64,000 nt of DNA from Camelus dromedarius (GCF_036321535.1 NC_087447.1:38566001-38630000); one strand, 5' to 3'. Positions 12,766 to 26,030 are shown, counted from the stretch's first letter. Made by a program: numbers and translations. Notes: generated from the letters alone by a model not told the origin.

Positions 12766-14452
12766 TTTGCCTACCCTTCTTTCAACTCTAAAGTGAGAGG
12801 TCTGAGACAGAACAAACACGAACTATGATACCCAGAATAATAGGAGAGAAAACTTACTGGCTCTAATTAGATCTTAAAAACATTTCAACAATGCTGTCAT
12901 ATTAACCAGTCGTTGTGTCTGATAGCGACACTTAATGGTTCAAGTGAGATTTTGTGCCGTACAGGGTCTATACCTCTAATTGCCCAGAAAGCTGTGTTCC
13001 ATGAACATTGCTAAGCAGAAGAGGGGGAAAAAAATAGCTCTTCTTCGGCTGCTTCTGCAAGGAACACTGAGACGATCTAATTAGCATGCCTGGTGTCTCC
13101 AAAATTGAATTCAACCTAAGAGTATGCTATTAAAGGCTCCCACATTAGACAGGAAAGTAATTTGAAATGACTGAGCTATCTGCACAAACACCTTAATGTT
13201 ACTCTAATGAGCCCAGAAAAAGGATGACATCAAATACAGTTAAAAGGAATTTAAGTTTAATTGCTGCCTAATAAAATTATTAGTACATTTTCCTAACCAT
13301 AAAGCCATTTCACCCTCATGGATAGGATTTTGCAATTTGATAAATGATCAAGCATAGCATGCTGCCACAGGTCCCTGTTTACTTTGTTATATTCTTCCCT
13401 TGCAGAAATGATAGCTTGGATGCCAACTAATTGCTGGTCTCTCCACATCTGGAGTCACTTGGAGATTTGGTTCTTGCCAAGAGGAGCCAAAGGACACAGT
13501 TTTACTCCCCACTTGGCATCTGAAATGACACCTTCAAGATGGAGACTGAAGTCCCTCCTGCTTTTTAGTGAGCGGTACTCCTAAGAACACTGGAGTGCGT
13601 TGATGTGCCAGGGTCATTACTAGTCTATATGACGCCTTTGTGAAAGGTAGAAAGATGATGATCAAATTAGAAAAGGATGAGCACTCAGCTTGTCAAGCAG
13701 AAAGGAGACTGGGATCTCAGTGCCCATTTCTGTCCTCAGCTGGGTGCCTTTGTACAGTGCACGCACCACTCAAACATGTGTGTCAGTTCAGAAAAATGAG
13801 ATCCCTGACATTGGAGGCATTCAAGCAGAGGTAGGGTGACTATCTGCTAAGAATGTGATGCAGTGGTTTTTAACACTGGATGAAAACTTGAACTGAGTGA
13901 CAGGTGTTTAGAGATTTTAACTAAAGGCTGACAAACAAAAGTGTTGATCATGTGCCAGGATGAAGAGGCCAGGAGTAGAACTTGGGCCTTTGATTCTGAA
14001 ACCCTTTCTCATTTAGTCTCGCTGAGCTGTCTTCCACAGCTCCCTATGGGAAGACTTTGGCTTGTAAGTAAGTTAAGCTTCCCTCACGCATGCCTATTCA
14101 AATGTGATTTTAAAAGATTAGTGAACTTGGAAGTTGAGTGAATAACTATCACAAACAATAGTGTATAGAAATGAGGAGTCTAAGGGACAGACAGCAAGGT
14201 GGGTATCAGAGAAGGTAAGGCTGTCAGAGACCCCTCTCCACTGGAAAGACAGGAGAGAAAGTGAGAGTCAAAGCAGAGCGCAGGTGTTTCTAGACCTTTC
14301 CAGAGACTCCCAGCAACTTAACAAAGCACCATTTGTTAGTGGTTATGGTCAGCTCATGGATAGAACCACCACACTTCCCAGACAACCCTTGACAGTTCTA
14401 ATTTTATCCTGTTCAACATCATTGTCCTTCTACTCAAAAGTAAGTGGCTTTG

Positions 14453-15246
14453 TGGATTAAAGACCTAAATGTAAGATTGGATACTGTAAAACTCCTAGAG
14501 GAAAACATAAGCAGAACACTCTTTGCTGTAAATCAGTGATTTTTTTTAGACCCATCTCCTAAAGCAAAGGAAATAAAAGCAAAAATAAACAAAGGAGACC
14601 CAGTTAAACTTAAAAACTTTTGCACAGCAAAGAAAACCAACAAAATGAAAAGACTTACTACTGAATGGGGGAAAATATTTGCAAATGATATGACCGGTAA
14701 GGGGTTAATATCCAACATATATAAACAGCTCATAAAACTCAACATTAAAAAAACAAATAACCAAGTTAAAAATGGGCAGAAGAACTGAACAGACATTTTC
14801 CCAAAGAGGAAATGCAGACGGCCAACAGGCACGTGAAACGATGCTCAACATCACTAACCATCAGGCAAACACAAAGCAAAACCACAATGAGGTATCATCT
14901 CACACCTGTCAGAATGGCTATCATCAAAAAGAACACAAACAACAAATGGTGGTGAGAATGTAGAGAAACGGGAACCGTCACACACTTTGGTGGCAATGTA
15001 AACTGGTATAGCCACTGTGGAAAACAGTATGGAGGTTTTTCAAAAAACTAAAAACAGAACTACCATATGACCCAGCAATTCCACTCTTGGGTATATACCC
15101 CCCCAAAAAACCCCAAAAATACTAATTTGAAAAGATACATGTACCTCAATGTTCACAGCAGCATTATTTACAATTGCCAAGATATAGAAGCAACCTAAGT
15201 GTCCATCAAGAGATGAATAGATAAAGAAGAAGCGGTATAACAATGT

Positions 15247-15281
<35 letters not shown>

Positions 15282-15722
15282 AATACTACTCAGCCATAAA
15301 AAAGAATGAAATAATGCCATTTGCAGCAACATGGATGGACCTGGAGATCATCATTCTAAATGAAGAAAGTCAGAAAGAGAAAGAAAAATAGCATATGGTA
15401 TCACTCATACATGGAATCTAAAAAATAAAACAAACTAGTAAATAAAACTAAAAAGAAGCAGACTCACAGATATGGAGAACAAACTAGTGGTCACCAGTGG
15501 GGAGAGGGAAGGGAGAGGAGCAACATACGGGTAGAGGATTAAGAGATATAAACCCTGGGTATAAAATAAGCTACAAGGATGTATTGTATAATATGGGGAA
15601 TATACCCAGTATTTTATAATAACTATAAATGAAGTATAACCTTTAAAAACTGTGAATCACTATATTGTACACTTTAACAGTTTTGAACAGCAACTATACT
15701 TCAATAAAATAAATAAAATAAA
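14453..15722 (+). mobile_element. 5'-truncated L1 (~1.27 kb): ORF2 C-terminus plus older cetartiodactyl-type 3' UTR
   Basis: tggattaaagacctaaatgtaag..actcctagaggaaaacata..ccatatgacccagcaattccactcttggg..acttcaataaaataaataaaata; frameshifted ORF2 remnants. Confidence 0.95.
15249..15278. repeat. (AC)15 microsatellite inside L1
   Basis: Seen directly. Confidence 0.95.
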
Positions 15723-16659
15723 CAAGAAAAAAACAACAAAAATTTTGAAAATGAATCAATTCAAAATTAAATGAAGTCATCATTATAAAGAAATACACAA
15801 ATGAGGAGGAAAATCCTTTGTTAGTCAAAAAGTATCATTTTAGCAAATCAGATTCAAGAGAGGGAGTCAATGTGTACTGATCACACCCTGTGCCCAGTAG
15901 GTTTTGTTATTCTTCTCACTGTAGTGATGAGAAAACTGAGGCCAGTGAACTGGGGTTGCTCAGCTCGTACGTGGAAGAGCTGGGTTTTGATCCCAGGTCT
16001 GTGTGACCACAGGCCCTTGGATCTTTTCCATTCCACACTTATTTCCAGGAACAATCACTCATGTTCTAATCTGCTCTCATTTTCTCCATCCTGCCAACCC
16101 CCTGAGGTCTTATTCCCTGCTAGGCTTTCGACTCCACTTGCCATAAAACTTTTATAGGGGAGAAAGTTACAGCTTTCTGGCTAGAAAGGTGGCTGGAGGA
16201 AGTGGATGGACCCTGCCTGCTGCCTGACTTCCTGCCATCAGGCAGTGGGATCTGCATTGTCCAAACGGGCTCCCAGCTGTTTAATGCTGAGCTCCAAAAA
16301 GACTAAGCCACTACAGAAGTGGAAATGACACATACTTCATCTCTTGTGTAGCTTTCTTCCCCATGGGCTAGTGGCCTTTATACTCAATTGTGTAGGGAAC
16401 CTAGTGGAGAATTTTCTTAGATCTGAAATCAGCCTTTGGACAAGAACGATTTTTCTTCTGGAGTCCGTGTTGATTGGAGAGGTCACGAACCCACTGATTT
16501 TCAGCTGATAACTACCTGGGGACAGCATGGAGCCATGCTTAGTTCTGACAACTGGTGCCTTGCCCAGGGCACATGGCTTGGGGAGGGCATGAACTGATGG
16601 GAAGTTTATTTCACCATGAACGCTCATCACTTGACTTATATCTAAAGAAAGATGTACTG

Positions 16660-17750
16660 GTTCATTCATTTATTTATTCACTAGTCCAAGATCTAAATAA
16701 AGCCCTGCTGTGTCCCAAGTGCTGGGAGAAAAAATTAAAGAAATCAAAGAAAATCAAAACATGTGTCCTTTCTGCTTCTGAGGAGTTCATCACACACTCG
16801 TGGGGGTGGAGATGTAAATGTGTACATCTCATTTGTTCATTCACTCAACAGAGGACACTTACGATGTGTCAGTTCCTGAAGTCACAGAGATAAAGACAAC
16901 ACAGTCCCTGTCCTCAGGGCCTCTCAGTCTACTAGGCAGACAGACCGTTGTCACAGTGAAGTGTAGTAGGCGTCAGTTTAGAGGCAAAATCAAGTGTGCT
17001 GTGGAAGCACAGTGGAGGAGTAACTGTGTTAGGCAAGGGCTAAGGGGAAGCTCCTTAGGGGAGGCGACGCACTTGGTCTGAAGGAGTTAGATGAAAGGAG
17101 TAGGGGAATGGGCACTGCAAGTGGAAGGAAGTCCAAGGGCAAAGACAAAAAAGGGTCTGGGGAAGAGCACACAGCATCGGTGACAGAAGTTCCAGGAGCC
17201 CAGGACTGCCCCAACGAAGGGTGTGTGTGTTTGCGTGATGAACAGGGGTGGGTGGTGAAGATCAAGGAGTGAGGAAGGCAGAGCTGAGTACAAAAGGTTT
17301 TGTGTATTACACTGATTAATTTCAGTTCCTCTTGAAATTTCTGAGGAACCAAAGAGAGATTTTAAGTAGGAGATTCAGGGCCTGGTTTGCCTAAGACTGT
17401 CCTGAGTTTAAAACTCAAAGTCCCACATCCTGGGAACCCCTTCAGTCCTGGGCAAAGTGGGATGGTTGATCACCCTATAGGAGAGGGGCATGAAAGATCA
17501 CTGTAGAAGCCTCACAGGGATGCAACGGAGCAGGTAAGATGGGAGGGGGTAAGGCTGCATTCACTGCATCCATGAAGAAACCAAGTGTGAATCAAGGCAG
17601 GTAGCAGTAAGGACCAAGAGAAAGGAACGGATCTGAAACAGAAGGTAGAAACAACTAAATTTAATCACATTTTACTTGTGTAGTTGGAGGCAGAAAGGAC
17701 TAATTGAATCTAATTTGAATCCCTGTTTTTGGATTTGTTGATCAAGTAGC
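16660..17750 (-). mobile_element. L2 LINE remnants (two 3' ends plus body), interrupted by MER81
   Basis: ttcattcatttattt / ttcattcactcaac tails; cacagtccctgtcctcagggcctctcagtcta; purine-rich L2 body. Confidence 0.75.
17375..17477 (-). mobile_element. MER81 (hAT-Blackjack MITE)
   Basis: cctggtttgcc..aaagtcccacatcctgggaacccc..gggcaaagtgggatggttgatcacccta; 8-bp TSD taggagat (17367-74) / taggagag (17478-85). Confidence 0.8.
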
Positions 17751-17829
17751 ATCAGAAGATTTTTTAAAATACTACAGAATGTGCAGAAAAGGAAAGTAAA
17801 TTATACCTATGATACTCCTTTTATGACTA

Positions 17830-18005
17830 GGCACCATCTGAGTGCTTTACATGAAGTACCTCCTTGACATGCATAACAAGAATGTTAATTCTCCTCCAGG
17901 GTACAGATGAAGCTCGGGCTCAGAGTGCCTAATTAACTTGTTCAAGGTCACACAGCACTGGCATTCCCAGTCAGACATGTCTCCTAAGTTCTTCTGCTCT
18001 TCCAA
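17830..18005 (-). mobile_element. MIR SINE
   Basis: tacagatgaagctcgggctcagag..aacttgttcaaggtcacacagc. Confidence 0.7.
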
Positions 18006-19279
18006 TCCTCCCCTCCTGCACCCCCACTACCACCACTGCAGGGCAGGGCAAAGAAAGTGGCAATTGAGCTGAGTTTTGCTAAAAGATGCTATTTATTCAA
18101 ATGGAAAGAGGGAGTGAAGAGAACAGCACGGGCTGTCTTTTGCTGTCTCTGTGGGACAATAAATAAATACACATGCATGTAAGAGTCAATTATTCTTGAC
18201 CCCTTTATGCAGAACACATACGAGGATAGTGAGATGCTATCTCCTATCTTGGCCAGCTCAATGCATTTTAATTGCCCAAGTTAAAATAAGCAGAAATAAA
18301 ACGGAATGATGCTTTCTTCCTATCTTCCAATCTGCTAGCAAATCCTAATGGTTCCCCAGTATTTCCCAATAAAAGCTAAGTTGTGGCACAATGAACTGAA
18401 GACAGGAGATCTTCGCAAGCAAAGACCACCACACCCTGGACTTTTTAAATCTTCCTTTCAGGAGGTCTCTTGTTTTAGGACAATGAACGGGGGTGGAAGT
18501 GCTGCGCTCCTGTAGATGTAATTGAAATGGAAGCGGCTTCCTCTTCCTCAGTGATTCGAGTCACTGAGATTAATCATCATTGGGCCAGTCTAGCAGGCTG
18601 CCACAGTCTCTACAGGAAATGCATCTCAACGTGTCTGCTGCAGCAGCTGCAATTAAAACCTATCGAGCGGCGGGATAAAACAAACCAGACACTTGCCACA
18701 GCAGCAGATGCACTGGGTAAAAGAGGGGTGTGCAATTAACAGACAACTTGAAGTGAGGCCGGGGCCTTCACGTAGACTGACACTCCAGTGCTTGTTTATG
18801 GGAGCCATCTGATGGTGAAAAATTACCTTACCAACACTAGCTGTGATTTATTTAGGCATTTATTATACCTATTACCAACTTCCTGTGGATGATGGTTCAG
18901 TGTCAGAATTATCTATTCTTATTTCCTAGCAGAGTGTGTAACAATTGAATCCAGAGAATAAAATAAGTGGGCTGATTTCATTTATTTTCCCACCTGTGGG
19001 GTGGGCACGGGGATTGGTTGTAAGACAGGCCATGTTTGTGTAGGATTCTGAGTTGTTTCTGACTTCTAAGCTCTCATTTAATTGAAGAACTGTGTGTGGA
19101 ATATAGTAACCTATGAGAACAAGTCACTTGAGGCCAAAGTATGTGTGTGCTTGAAGAAGTGTAATGAAGAAAAAGAAAGTCAGACTCTTCAATGTAAATA
19201 TCCTTCACATGACAATTACCCTGAAAGGAAATACAAAACAAGTATCTCAATCTCTGAAATACTTTTGAAATTCTTATCT

Positions 19280-19615
19280 ATGTCAGGAATAGCTTTGACT
19301 GCATGTAACTTAGAAGTCTCAAATATCATAGCTTAACATAAGAATAAAAGTTTACTTTTCTCCTCTGTGGATAAGTTTGTTGGTGGAGAGTCCAAGGACA
19401 AAAAGGAACATGCTCTCTCCTTTTAAATACTCTTCCAGGAAATTGCATACATTTTGTTTTTCTTACATCTCATTGGTCAGAATTTAGTTTCATGGCTATG
19501 GTTAACTCACGTGAAGCTGGGAAATGTAGTCTTTATTCTGGGTGGCCATGTATCCAGCTAACAATTGGTATTCTCACACTAAGAGGTGTGGGACAACAGA
19601 CAATGGGGAACACGT
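19280..19615 (-). mobile_element. MLT1 (ERVL-MaLR) LTR remnant, MLT1I/J-like
   Basis: ctgcatgtaac..acatctcattggtcagaatttagt..gctgggaaatgtagtcttt..ggtggccatgtatccagcta. Confidence 0.75.
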
Positions 19616-20594
19616 TAGGTTACTTGATAGTGGCAGCTTAAACTTATCCGTGGGCTTTTTCTGAGTTTCTGCCATTTCCATATAGTCAGTAAGTTCTTCC
19701 TGGGTGACAGTTATTCCAATGAACAAATCTGTTTCTAGAGTTAGTGGTTAACAGTGGCTGAAGTTGTGGCTTTCCTGCCCTGGCACTGAACCCTATGTGT
19801 GCCAGGTAAAATAATGACATTTTTTAATAAAGTTTTAACTTCATGTTACGTAATAGTGTAAAGTAATGTAAAATAGTGACATTTTAACAGAAGTCACACT
19901 TTTTAGCCCTAAACAGCAATCATCAGGTAATACCCAGGGGGCTCATTACTGCTGTTGTGTGTAGGGGGCAGAGTCCCTGGAAACAAGCTGCCTTTCACAT
20001 CTCAAGGGCTTTCAAGTACAAGCTCCCTTGTTTATAGAGCATCTGTGCTGGGAAAAGAAACCTTTATAGGTGTGGGGACAACCAGGGCTGTTGCTAAAGA
20101 GGCAGAGGGAACTGGGAGTCCCTTTCTCAGGACCAAATACGGAGAGCAACAGCTCAAGGGAACATTTGGTTTCCATCACAGCAGGGGCATGAAAAATGGT
20201 AGCTCAGGAACCAGAATTCAAGCATGTTGTTTCTGGGATCTTTGGCGTTTTTCTTTCTGCATGTGTTTTCCTCTTACCCTATGTCACCACAGTGATGAGA
20301 GTATAATCCTTACATCACAAAGAGCTCACAAGGATGTCTTCAGGATCAATGAATAAAGAGGGAGCTTAGGATGCTGGAATCCTGCACTTTGCCAGGTTTA
20401 GCGGGCAGGAGGGAATTTAGAGGACTAGTGAAAGCAAAAGCATCAACTCCTGGAGGAAAGAAAGTGGGCTAAGTTTAAAGAAGCTGACTGGAGCCAAGAA
20501 AGGAAAACAGCAGCCCCAGGAGCTGGCCCCAGCCTGAGAGACAGAAAGGACACACCACCAACTCCCAAGTTCCACGACAAGGCATGTGGTCAGT

Positions 20595-20815
20595 GTGTGG
20601 AGGAATGTGGGTTCTGGACTCTGATGACCTGGACTTACTTGAATTCTGCATCTACCATTTGGGCAAGTCATTTCACTCCTCCAAGTCTCATCTCCCTCGG
20701 GTATAAAACAAGGATCATAACAATACGACACAATCGGGTTGTGAAGATTCAATGAGATGACCCATGGAAAGTGTGCAGCAGGCTGGCACTTGGTACCAGA
20801 GGAAAAGGTCACTGT
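20595..20815 (+). mobile_element. MIR SINE
   Basis: tgggcaagtcatttcactcct..gggttgtgaagattcaatgagatgacccatggaaagtg. Confidence 0.8.
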
Positions 20816-20972
20816 CACTGAATCTAGGCAACACTACAGATTGGTGAAAGGGCTGTTTTCAATCATTCTGGAACTATGCCAGTGAGTGGGAGGGGTGGTG
20901 GCAAGGAGGGCGACTTCTAATGGACAGAGTCAACCCAAGCCTGAAGAAAGTGAGTTGTACTCACTAGGAGGA

Positions 20973-21582
20973 CTGTAGAAACCTTCTCAACTACCTGCCA
21001 CTTTCGCTCCCTGCAGGACTAAGCAGTGCTCGTCGTTCCCTCGGTAGGAAGAGCCCCCGGCACGCTGACTGCCTCTGCCGTGTGCTGCTCTCCGCAGCTC
21101 GTGCAGTCGAGCTGTACGTTTACTAAGTTGTGTTTGTTCCCAAACCTCTTTATGCCACTTATACTGTATTTACACATGTTATTTAATTTTTTTAATCGAT
21201 GAGAAGTCAGTGAGAAAAGGAAGATGTTATCTTATGACTGCTTTGAAAGGCAAGTTGCTAAAAATATTGGATAACAAAAATGAGATCAAGATCACGGTCA
21301 AAGATTGGGGAAGGCTGTAAAAATCGGGCATTCTGCACTTGGATTGCTGTGCAAGAATCTTTAAGGACTAGATCCTAAGCCTAAACTGGAAATCAAGGGT
21401 AATGCATTTATGGAGTGATTTATATTTGCGACCCAGAGTACACTTATATGACATGACTTAAGTTAAAATATTAACATATTCATAAATTAATATTTATAAT
21501 TCCCTGCTTTAATACAGTCTGTTTTAGTTTACAGTAATCAACTACTGCTCCCAGCTGAGCTGGACTGAGGGGGTGTCTACCA
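20973..21582 (+). mobile_element. Tigger13a-like TcMar-Tigger DNA transposon fossil
   Basis: Ends ctgtagaaacc.. / ..ggggtgtctac; internal aaggcaagttgctaaaaa, aagattgggg, attctgcacttggattgct, aactggaaatc match the recalled transposase remnant. Confidence 0.75.
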
Positions 21583-22414
21583 CACTAGACATTCCTATTT
21601 ATGTGCTGGTTTGTGATCAATACATAGCCAACATAGTTCATTCTGTATATTCAGAATTTTCATTAGTTTAATATAATTCCTTTTCGAAGGCAACAAGAGA
21701 ATCTTTAATAATTCCTGACTCACGTCCAATGTTGCGAACATTGCAAAAAAGTGGCACAATTTCACATTTTAGAAGTAAGAATCAGAGTCCTACTAGTGAA
21801 CTACAGTAAAATATGATTTATTTTAAATCCAGACGGGCTTTTAAATTTTTTTAAGAGTTTGAATATTTGGAAAAGTCAAAACCCAATTCTCTCTGCGCTT
21901 ACCATGACTTATTTAACAAACCTGTCATTCACATGCACTGGACATCAATAAGTCAGAAAGCAAAGCTCCAAGACAGCTAGGTTGAGTTCAAACTCAAGGG
22001 TAGGTGGTTCCTTTGTAGTGGGGTTATGTGAGTGAGACACTCGACACAGAAAAGGGGTGCTTTGATGAGCAGGAGCGAGACATCAACTCAGAGGAAAGCC
22101 TGCCAATTAAAGCCCCTTCCACACTGCAGAATTTTGCAAAGATACTCACATTGAAGGAAGTCACACCTGGTGTAATATTGTATTTGCCAATATAAGTGAG
22201 GAATGGAAACAACAAATATAGCTTATGCTGCAAATATAACCTAAGGGGGAGTTTTGAACAACTGCAGATGGAAAGACATAGAGTTCCCCACACTTAGCAC
22301 ACTAGTAGTGATACTAGAAATCGAGATTGGGTCGAAGATAATGGATGAGAATGATGTCAGAGACACAGCTGGATGTTGGAGAGACGAACCCAAATGTTTA
22401 AAGAAGAGAATCTA

Positions 22415-23895
22415 GGTTCACCTCCAATAATGATGAACTAACTTGGACCAGACCAACAACCTGCCAAGAACAACCAGAAAAGATGGATAAAACAAAACAA
22501 CTTGGGTTAAAGCATTGGCAAGCTCTCAATGAAGCCAGGATGTGAAGGCCAGGGTCTTGGAGAGAAGGGAAATGCACAGAAGTGAGTCAGATATTCCGAG
22601 CTGCTTTTCCCCTCCAGACACTGGCTTTTTCATCAGCCGTACAAGGCTAAGAGGCTGAGAAGCTGAGCATAGCTCTTGGCAGGCTCACAGGACTGGGGAG
22701 AAAAAATGACGTGAGCCAAGACCCTGAAGAGAAAGGAAGGACAGAGAAGGGAGCCCCACAGTTGGCACTGCCTTCCTTCTGCGGCAGCTGCTGATTTGTA
22801 AGAGTCACAGGAGAGAACGTTTGCAAGTCTCAGTAGAAGCTGAGTAGCTAAGAAGTTGAACAGAGCTTTCAGTAGCCTCGTATTTTGAGAAGATTAAAAC
22901 CGGAAGTCAGAAACCAGGAGAAGACACTGACAAGCTCCCTGGGCTTTCAGTTAGGACCCCAGAAGAGCTGCACCCTTGGAGTAAGGGTGAACCACAAATA
23001 AAACAGCTCTCACAAAGACTAAAATGCAGTGCTATAACTGTCCGACTCAAGATGTGGTTAAAGTGATCTGTCCTACGCTGACTGTCTGCTAGAAGTAGGT
23101 CTGTGAAGGAAGGTAATGCCATCTAGAGCTTCTACAACTTTTCATGCACAATGTCTGGCATTCAATAAAAAATTATCAGACATACAAGGAGACTGGACCA
23201 AGGCAAAAAGACAACAGAATCAGAACCACAGATGATCCAGAAATTGTAGTTATCAAATCTGGATCTAAGCAAAAGCAGTGATTCATTTGTTCACAGAAGC
23301 AGAAATCACAAAGGAGAATTTTGGCAATGAACTAAAATTTGTAAAAAGGAATCAAGTGAAATTTCTAGAACCGACAAATATGATAATTAGAATTAAGAAC
23401 TAACAGGTTTAACAGTAGCAGTTTAGGCCAGCAGAAGAGACAATGAGGGAATATCCAGACTAAAGTATGGGCGGAAAAATGATGGAGAACATAGGAAAAA
23501 AGCCTAAGAAGCATAAGAGAAATGATGGCAAAATTTAACACATGTGTCACTGGAGTCCCAGATAAAGAGGAGGGTGAAAATTTAAGTAGAACCAATCTTT
23601 GAAGAAATATTGGCCAGAATTTTTCAAAATTGGCAAGAGATATCAAGCCATGGATTCGAGAAGTGCTGCAAACTCCCCAAAGAATAAATGCATACGAACA
23701 AAGCCACACCTCAGTGTATCGTAAAACTGCTGAAAACCAGAGACAAAGAAAAAAATCTTAAAATCAGCCATAGAAAAAGACCTGTTACCGTCCTAAGAGC
23801 AAACTCAGACTGACATGTGACTTTTCAACTTCTTTGATGGAAGTCAAAGGCAGAGAAATCGTGTCTTTTAAACACAAAGAAAATAACCACCAACT
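22415..23895 (+). mobile_element. Old L1M 5' UTR and ORF1 remnant (3' part missing)
   Basis: cactggagtcccaga..atattggccagaatttttcaaaattggcaagagatatcaagcc..aaaactgctgaaaaccagagacaaagaaaaaatctt are ORF1 motifs. Confidence 0.8.
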
Positions 23896-23919
23896 TACTT
23901 ATTAAACAGTAACCTTCCA

Positions 23920-24073
23920 TGGGAATGTAGTTCAGTGCAGCCATTATGGAAAACAGTATGGAGATTCCTCAAAAAACTAAAAATAGACCTACCATATGAT
24001 CCAGCAATACCAGTCCTGGGTATATATCCAGAGGGAACTCTAATTCAAAAAGACACATGCACCCCAACGTTCA
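23920..24073 (+). mobile_element. Internal fragment of a young L1 ORF2 C-terminus
   Basis: Encodes [37 protein letters not shown]; no 3' UTR or poly(A). Confidence 0.9.
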
Positions 24074-25269
24074 GTGTACCTGATGTCTATACACCAAGTA
24101 CATATAATGTATATATACTTGAGAATATATATATATATATATTTTTCAAGTTTGGGGTCACTAATCTGCATGCAGATAATTCAAAGGGCTGAGTTTTAAT
24201 TTATCAGCAAATTCATTTGAGAAATAAAACCCTTTGCACGTCGGTGTAGAAGGAAACCTCATTTTGAAAGTCCCAATCACATTTGCAGTCCTTATCCTAG
24301 ATCATCATCCAGATGAGTACACCCTTTATATTTGAATTGATTCTTGAATATATTCTGCAGAAACTTTATTACACTTCAAAGAATAAATTAATTTTGCCCC
24401 AGATAACACATACATGTCTGTCAGTGGTTGTTGGTTAAATGTATGCATCTATGAAATCCTCAGTCTCTACACCATATTACTGCTGAGCAAATAATCCCCC
24501 TCCCATTCCCCCCATACACAAAAATCCCAATAAGAATCCAGTGTGTTTCTATGTATTTAAAGGGTTTTTCATAAAAGATTCCAGTTCCCCCATCACTTCC
24601 CCAGAGGCTGCTCTCGGGAGCTGTAGTTACCAGTGAACAGGCTGCCCATAACATACATGGATCAATGCCCTTTGGGACAGCACTGGCTTGCCAGTTAATA
24701 GACTTTTGATTTTCTTTACCCATGGATTAATGAAGCAGTAATTTTGCTTTTGAATAGGAAGATAAATTAAGAATTACTGTCACTGGAGCCTACTGGGAAA
24801 TGGGTTGTAGTTTGGAGAACTAGCGGTAACTGTGGAGACCAAGAGGTCAGATGGCTGGCTTTGCTTAAAGCAGCCTTTCCGTCAGGGAACTGAGGGCTAA
24901 AGTGTTCAGCTAAATTCAACAGTCACTTCTCAATGTATTATGAGCTGTATGTAAAGCCTTGCTGGGTAAGAGGAAGGGGTGGGTCCAGGGCACAGCGTGG
25001 CTTGGGCGGACACCTACATTGTGTCCGTTCTTCCAGAGGCACGTGCAGACACTCATAACACAAGGCAGAGAAGGGGCCAAAGTGGGATACAAGATGCTCT
25101 GGAAGATCTGAGGAGGCAGAAACAACAGCATTTGGAAGGACCAGGAAAGGCATCATAGCACAGTGGGATAGGGGAGGCTGGGTAGAATTCTTATAGATAC
25201 AGATGGGAAATGAAAGTCTTCTGGGGATGGATAGTTAACATGAGGAAAAGCAAAGAGCCAGCAAAAAGG

Positions 25270-25470
25270 AAAGAACTCAAATTCTGGTGCTACTAATTCT
25301 TAGCTGTGTGACCTTGGGCTAGTTACGTAACTTCTCTGGGCTTTGGTTTCCTCATTTGGAAAATAAACTCAATAGTAACCACCTTTACAGAGTTGTTGTG
25401 ATGACCCATTGAAATAGGTTAGTCTGCAAGGAATCTATCATAGTTCCTGGCACAGGGCAGACTCTCAGTA
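25270..25470 (+). mobile_element. MIR SINE
   Basis: tagctgtgtgaccttgggctagttacgtaacttctctgggctttggtttcctcattt. Confidence 0.85.
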
Positions 25471-25679
25471 AATGGAGGCTATGAACCACGTGGGGTTGAA
25501 AAATAATAGCAAGACTTTGAAAGAATCATCTGTCTTTCTTCCTTTGGCCTCCCTCTTCTGAGAGAAGCACTGCTGTTTGGGTTTTCCACATATCCGAACT
25601 CTAGGTCCTTGAGCTCTTTCTGGTGAGAGCTGTGTCTTATGCACTTGTATGTGCCCTCCTGCTGACCTCAGGGCATAGC

Positions 25680-26030
25680 CGGCCTCCGTGCACAAAATGA
25701 GAGATGAGCATGTCCATCCTGCTCCACTCCTAGCGCTCTCCCGTCACTCACAGTTTCATGAAGGTAGTTCACACCTCTGTGCAGCCTCATGTGCTCTTCC
25801 CTTTTGTCTACCCAGCAAACGTCTTCATCCTTCAAAGTTTGACTCGTGACTTTGTGAGGTCCTTCATTCAAGATGGAACTGGACAGAACTGATACTTCTC
25901 CTTACTATCCCTTCGGACATAACTCTACCATAATGTGCAGCTCATCCTCCTGCAATTACTTGAGTTTCCCTCTATCTCCCTTAGCCTGTGAAGCCAGGCT
26001 TTGTAAATCTTATTGGCTGCTCGGTGTCTA
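25680..26030 (+). mobile_element. L2 remnant
   Basis: Pyrimidine-rich L2 3' body (cttcatccttcaaag.., ttagcctgtgaagcc). Confidence 0.5.

Noticed and set aside
15722..15845. Possible L1 3' transduction after the 14.5-15.7 kb L1
   Set aside because: No second poly(A) or convincing TSD match to the 5' flank
21727..21743. Inverted repeat caatgtt-gcg-aacattg (similarly cactggt..accagtg near 43984)
   Set aside because: 7-bp arms are expected by chance in 64 kb; no miRNA-length stem
23935..24192. 85-aa [17 protein letters not shown]..
   Set aside because: L1 ORF2 C-terminal remnant, not a host gene
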